Positions 49,694 to 64,000 of a stretch of DNA of 64,000 bases are shown here, piece after piece. Every line of letters starts with the position of its first letter. Position 1 is the first letter of the stretch. The DNA comes from Balanoglossus misakiensis (lineage: Eukaryota; Animalia; Hemichordata): assembly GCA_040954595.2 (NCBI GenBank), contig CM082588.2, positions 2,053,027-2,117,026 of the forward strand, written 5' to 3'. The translations under genes and the position numbers were made by a program. The notes beneath the pieces were generated by a model. It saw nothing but the letters and a program-made list of their open reading frames with translations. It was not told the origin of the DNA and ran no database searches.

Positions 49694-51403
49694 GTTACGA
49701 TGCAGGGCGTGGGAGACAGACACAGGGCAAGATTTTCTTCGGGTGTCTTGTAGAAGTTGTAGCTTTTTCTTCACGTTGGGAGATTTTCAACTCTCTGCAT
49801 CACTATTCCTCTTGTGTGTTAAATGTAAGTAAATCTGCAAGTTAAAACAGTAAAGTCTATCATGAATATGTACTTGCACGTAGCTCAATTAACAGACCAG
49901 TGACAAAATATACTGCTGACTCTTCTGGTCACAAAGGGCATTCTGATTACCGGAAGTCAGGGCTCTTCAGTGGATTTCAAGTGTTGCCACCAGCAGAATT
50001 TTGCTGACAACTTTTCTCAAACACAGAGCCAATCAAACTGAATCTTTCAAAAGTTTTCATGATCGACACACATGCAGGCAAAATGCCTGTTGATTGGAGA
50101 ATTCATCCAATGACACGTCACCATTCATAAATAAATCATGTAAAGTCGTTCAGAAAACACATCCATGTATACTTCATTGTAAAGGTGTATGATGTACATG
50201 TACCGGTATGTACGTGCATGATTAAATATTTCATTCTGAGATGTACCAGCTCAGATGATTGACAAAGAGAGCTGCCCCGAAGAGACAAAAGGGTTCAGCT
50301 GCATGTACAGTGTACAAATGTACAGGTCACATGTACTGGTAGTGTGCAGTGTCACAGAATGTATATTGTACAATACCATATGGCACGACAATCAAGCCTT
50401 AAGGCCTCATGTATCTCAGCATGCAGTGATTCCACAAATGATGTTAACTGGTGTAACTGGAATGCCAGCCGTAATGCATCCGCATTCCAGCTGCTGATTG
50501 ATTACACAAACTTGAACTTCTTACAAATCAACTGAGAAACTCTATCCGACAGAGCGTACCAGTACTGAACCATGTTTCTGCTATGGTAAAATTAAATTGA
50601 CAGTTATGAAGTGGCTACCATAAGGGAAAGACACTGTAGAGTGTCGCCATGGAGTCATTGTTGACATGTCTGCAGAGAAGATAGCAGCAGTATTTGTCAT
50701 GTTCAATGATAATAATCTGATTGTGGTAAATTTACAATTGTATATATCATGTCAGAACTGCAAAACATTCAAAAGAATTAGCTGGCCAATTCATTACAAA
50801 AACTGCGGGTATGCCCAGGTTTGCAAATGAGTCATGTCTTAAATTAGATTCTTTGCAAAAAGAGACCAGTCTATTGCAATGAAAGGAAAACACCAGCGAA
50901 GGAAAAAGGACACAATGGCATAATCCGTGCACACAGAATAACAGATTATTGATTTATCCACGGCAAGAATGAACACATACCCTGGTTAACACTTACGACA
51001 AATCCCGGGATTAATATCTTGGACAAAATTAAAGAGTGAATTCCGAGTGTTCAATCTCAAGAAACTCCACAAAACTTCATGCTGTATCATCCAGATGTTG
51101 TGATTATGCAATGCCGTTGTGACCTGACAACCTGTGGCAGTAAAAAAAACTCTCACCAACGTCACTGCTCAGTGATCAGCCCACCTGACAAACATCATTA
51201 ATTCTGGTCATCTTGTACACTTGGACAAATGCGAAATCCCCACGGTCACAAGTACAATGGGGCTCTAAAATCACAAAGAGGGTCGACATCCTGTTAATAT
51301 GGATCACCCATCTCTAAATATACTGCACATCTGACAACATTTGCAATGGTGATAATAATTAATGAGATGTGTATTGTTATGTGGTGCTTATAAAATTGAA
51401 AGT

Positions 51404-51542
51404 AAACCTTTAATGGTTGGTTATGGTCATTCTAAAGTAGCTGTACCTACATGTGAACGCAACTTGGGGCAAACCTTTAACGGTTGGTTATGGTCATTCT
51501 AAAGTAGCTGTACCTACATGTGAACGCAACTTGGGGCAAACC
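51404..51542 (+). repeat. 67-bp near-perfect tandem duplication (2 copies)
   Basis: AAACCTTTAA(T/C)GGTTGGTTATGGTCATTCTAAAGTAGCTGTACCTACATGTGAACGCAACTTGGGGC at 51404 and 51471, with an AAACC junction overlap. Confidence 0.95.
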
Positions 51543-53941
51543 ATGCACCAATATGGGACCACAACAACCACAACTCCCCCCCCCCCCCCCCCCCCTTAGT
51601 TAAAGATTTCACCCCTTGAATTTTGATATACCACTTATCCTGGCAACGGAAACCCAATATCAAATATCCCACTCATACAATCCAACAGTATGCAGCTTAT
51701 GTGCAACATTTACATGCAAATACAGTGTGTTTTACACACTGAATAAGAATGCTGGCATCTGCAGAGATTTTTGCGTGGGCAACATCCAACAGGTGGCGGC
51801 GTGGAAGTCTAATTTTCTGTCTTTTCAATTTTAATTCAAACAGCAAACACAACCGAATTATCCACCTCTTTTAGAGAGACTTAAAACACCTCTCTAGACA
51901 TTTTTGAAACATGTTTTTATGGACAACCACATACCATGAGTCAAGAGAATTGCTTTTTTCCGGGTGGTCCATGGGAAAAAAACCCTTTTCATCTTGCCAA
52001 CATTCAAATAATTTGTTATCATCATCTTTGACAAATTCTTTCACTCCAATTGGCTTTTTACATTTTTTCAACCATATGCTAGCATGCTCTTTTAATCATC
52101 ACTGAATTGGTGCAAATTTCTGACAGTATCAAAGACTCAGCAGTTTCTCACACCTTAAGTTAATGCAGTTTTCTCGTGTCTGTTGATGACTTCAGGCAAA
52201 GAAAGGCAGAGGATGTAATAGCCTTCATGAGCCATTATAACCTACATGTTAACTGTCACCCTTTTACTTTTCAGCCAAGTCATTCACATCACTAAAGATG
52301 TCATCTCAAATACTGTTAAACACTTTACGCTTCAATTGGCCATTTGTGAGACTGAGCAATGTTACATTAAATATGTGTAATTCTACCTCTGCCTAAATAC
52401 ACGAATAATATATATTTTTATCTGTTGTTTGTGTTAAAATAAAACTTGTTTGCAGGATGTTGTGTTCTCATAGCTGTATACAACCAGACACAACTCTCAC
52501 AATAGTAGTGGTCATTATACATCAAAGAGTACCGCACACTCAGTCTCTTCATGATGGAAGGACTATGCGCAGACATCGGGAATTTCAAAGGGACTTTCCT
52601 TGTCAAGTTTAAATGTCTCCACTGTCTATTAAAATGCAAAACAGCAGCGATTTGGAAGGTCATTTATTTGACAGAACTTTCACACCAGGCACAACAGCAA
52701 AGAGTAAGACACTCTCAAGTAATGTAATCAGGTCTTGTTTTCCATTTAAAATTGTACAAATGTAAATGTATGTTTCAATATGAGATCAGATTATTCACAA
52801 TAGACATTCTTGGTGATAATACATGTAACTGAAGGAAGCATAGATACTTTATTTTTGAAAAATCCAACTTAATCCCCACAATATAATTCTATACAGCTTT
52901 CCAGAGTAAAAGAATTGTTACATGTCTCTGTTATAAAAGCATATGTAAGGTCAAGAAATGACAAACATTTGTTCACCATTTGGGGGTTGACCTTTTTTAG
53001 AAAGGTCAGATAGAAGGTCATTTTACTGACACTTGTTTACAAATCATTCTGCTGTCAAATTCCTCATTTCAATGGTGAGAAACCATGTAAGTAAATTACT
53101 TAGAAATCGGACATGTTTATTAATGAAATTGCTTAGAATGCATGTGTGATTGCGTAGAGGACACCTGACAGGACATCCTTAGACTATTTAATTTTGTATG
53201 TTGCTTGTTGTACCAGTGTGTGGCACCACAAATGAACAGTGAAGCCTGGGGTACACTATTTCACAAATGACAAATTTCAATGGGCCTTATTAAACTATTG
53301 TCATGCCAACCCTTAAGCTGCCAATCTCGTTTGTATTGTAAAAACGGTGTGAAATCACGTTTGCAAATGAATAACAGATCTGTTGACACCTCAACTAAAT
53401 CGTTTGACAGGCTTGGCAACAACATTATGTTTTGATCAAAGTTATGTGTTTTTTATTCAATATTCGCATCTGATTAGTTTGAATGTCAAATCGATCGGAT
53501 TTACTTTTTAGCTGTTAACGTGCAGAATAATTCGTGCTTGGCCATAGATCTCCCTGCGTAAACACTCGCTAGACGACTGACCCTGTTTGTGCTACATACA
53601 GCCTGTATGTATGTTTCACATAATACAGGCTGCCATATTGGATGGACCCCTAGGGCCTCTCGATAGTTTACATTCGCAACGCACTGAATTGCATAGACTT
53701 GACGCATCGTCAGGCCACGATTTCTGCAAATCAACAGATATGACTTAACCATGGGTTTCCCAATACACATACCGGCTTGATATCTCGCAAATTTTAATGT
53801 TAAATGAGGTTTGACTGCACCAGTGCCGTAAACTGTCGCGTCGCAAAGACGACAGCTACGCTACGTAAACTCAAACACTGCAGCGGTATCTCGGTACTTG
53901 AAGGAGTTCAACAAGTATTTTTCGCAAATGTCATGACTTAC

Positions 53942-54150
53942 CCGAAATTCAACGATCGGTTGACATCACTACATTTCTACGGTAATTTCCAAGAGGTTGG
54001 CAGCACAAACCGAGCAATAGTTTCACCGGAGTATAGAAAATCGACAAAAAACCGCACTCCTGTTGGTAATCAATTTCTATCTTTCACCACCGTCTGCGCA
54101 TGTCAAGTATGGCTGCCAAAGATTGCTGAATAGCGCCATCGACGACACCC
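53942..54150 (-). promoter_or_regulatory. candidate ARMC2 CpG-rich promoter and non-coding exon 1
   Basis: CpG-rich patch at ~53450-54260; minus-strand donor G|GTAAGT after 53942, pairing with an acceptor at 49835 upstream of the ATG; NRF1-like TGCGCATG at 54095; YY1-like AAGTATGGCTGCC at 54105. Confidence 0.5.
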
Positions 54151-54403
54151 AATTTCTTGTAGAATGCGAACAAAAAAACAGTAAATAGGCGAATATAGCT
54201 ACGATGCTGCAAATGCGTGTATTTGTGGATTTGTTATGTGTTATTTTGCAATAGCGTACGTCTAATTTGTGTAAAACATCCAAGTGCCTAGTACCTGTCA
54301 CTTGAAATAGACACTTCATCATGTTACTTTGCGAATATGCAAATATAATCGCTTTCATCCTTGACTGAACACAGACAAATGTGTCATTTAAATTTTGATG
54401 TTT

Positions 54404-54409
54404 TTTATT
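54404..54409 (-). terminator. candidate poly(A) signal of PHIP/BRWD
   Basis: AATAAA on the minus strand ~1.7 kb after the stop codon, followed by a GU-rich tract. Confidence 0.45.
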
Positions 54410-56070
54410 ACAAAAACTATTTGATGGTATTGCATTTGTCGACAAATACATACAAAAAATTCAGAAGAAAAACCCAGAAAGGAAAACAGCTGTACAAACA
54501 GTGACAAATTGACTGAAAGTTGATTATCTGATCAGAGTTAACTACATGTATACACAATCTTTGGTTTCAGTGATGGAAAAAAACAACTGAGTGTGATTTT
54601 GCATTACACATCTTCCTTCAAGTTCAGGGATAGGGGGCACCTTCATCTGTTTTTCGACCAATGATCAGCGACTGTCCCATTTTTTGCCAAACTTGGTTTC
54701 CAGATCCTGCAACTTGCAAATTACTGTAGCACCAACCATTTTTAAATATTATTCTTTAAAAATTGACACTGATCCTGACTTCTCCATTTACATGGCAATG
54801 CATCAATGAATACAAACAATAGTATCTGATGTTTCCTGAGCTGATGTGTTTATAACACATAAAGTAGTTACATGTAACATAGATTTGTAGATTCACATAA
54901 AAGATCCCATATCTTTGGTAGGTATTATGAAATAGATTTGAACTATGTCCAATGTTCCGAATTTGGCTGTATCCCATATGAGTTGAAATCTAAATGTCTT
55001 GCAAGTTTTTCGAACAGTAGTTTTAAAAACTCTGACATCACAGCATTCTTATTGTCTCAAACCTGCCTGCAACAAGTCCGAATTTGAGTTGGGGTTGAAT
55101 AAATAAAATGCCATTGTAATTATGAAATTCATGAATGCAGTCATCAAATTTACATGTCCCAATTCATTTTAAGCCAATGTGGCAAGCTAAAATTTCCAAA
55201 TGATCAATATGGCATTATGTAATAATTATGAATTTGCCTGAATTTGAATTTAAATAGTGAAAATCATGATACTCTTTTGACAACAGAATGCACACGTCAC
55301 TTATTTGGGGTGCCCACCCTGATGTGTGAACAAGGTCACTACCCTTCACTATTAGTGGTTTACTCATTCACCACCACACCAGTTAAACTGTTTTCTAAGA
55401 AGTGGCTGGACCAGCTCACTACAAAATGGGGGTGACTGACAAGGTAGCAAAAGCCCCTCAGAAAAAACAAGCAGAAAGAATTGCAGGAAGAGTGAAGATT
55501 GACTGTGTTTTTGCAACTGACAATTGGCAAAAAAATTGAAAGAAAAACATCTATAAGATGTCACCATTATACGAATTCAAGAAAAAAAGACACACAGAAC
55601 AAAGGCACATATAGAGATCAATATATATACATATCACACATTGTAACATTTCATGTCTAGTTTTGGCGAAATGAAGATAAGCTTAATAAGTCAAGAAATT
55701 AGACCCTGAGAATAAATTCCAAATCAGAAAAAAGAAAGAAATGGAATGATGACTATTTTTATCCTTTTTTGTCTTAAATTTATAAAACTCTGCAAATATG
55801 TGAGATGCATTATCTTGAAAGGGTTTCAAAAATTACAAAAAGACAAGTTGATAGATTTTCATGACAAGTAGAAAAAGTCGAATTTTTGCATAGCTGCTCC
55901 ATAAAGATGCTCTATCTTCTCAAGAAAAGTCACAGAGCTAGTGCCCATATACACCAGACAATGTCAAGTACCCAAACAGACTGTGTCGTGGGTGAGTACA
56001 TAAGTCTATCTCATCATTGGCTCCTGAAATTTATTTACAACAGTATCCCAGGCAAATCACAAGGCGCATT

Positions 56071-63999
<7,929 letters not shown>

Positions 64000-64000
64000 C

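Overview
Eukaryotic, intron-rich, AT-rich genomic DNA. An invertebrate deuterostome such as a hemichordate is my best guess from gene content and repeat style; this is inference. From left to right: (1) three tandem type-II-membrane O-fucosyltransferase-like (O-FucT, POFUT1/2-like) paralogues on + at 1-7899. One is intact, one has a destroyed splice donor and one has a 1-bp frameshift. (2) About 22 kb of CpG-retaining, motif-rich non-coding DNA around one small gene at 18974-19297, whose C-terminus matches the CITED CBP/p300-binding CR2 domain (IDEE..L..L..EL.L....ELPEL); CITED is usually described as vertebrate-restricted. (3) A 7-kb repeat block containing a higher-order satellite (176-bp linker plus 10/10/11/12/7 copies of a 59-bp unit), a ~152-bp minisatellite and a 41-bp repeat. 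(4) A complete ARMC2 gene on - (16 coding exons, ~847 aa); its probable 3' UTR carries a strand-specific cluster of CCGUCC motifs, the miR-184 seed match. (5) The 3' part of PHIP/BRWD on - with two bromodomains. CITED, ARMC2 and PHIP are also linked on human 6q, which suggests ancient synteny. I saw no CRISPR array, tRNA or rRNA.
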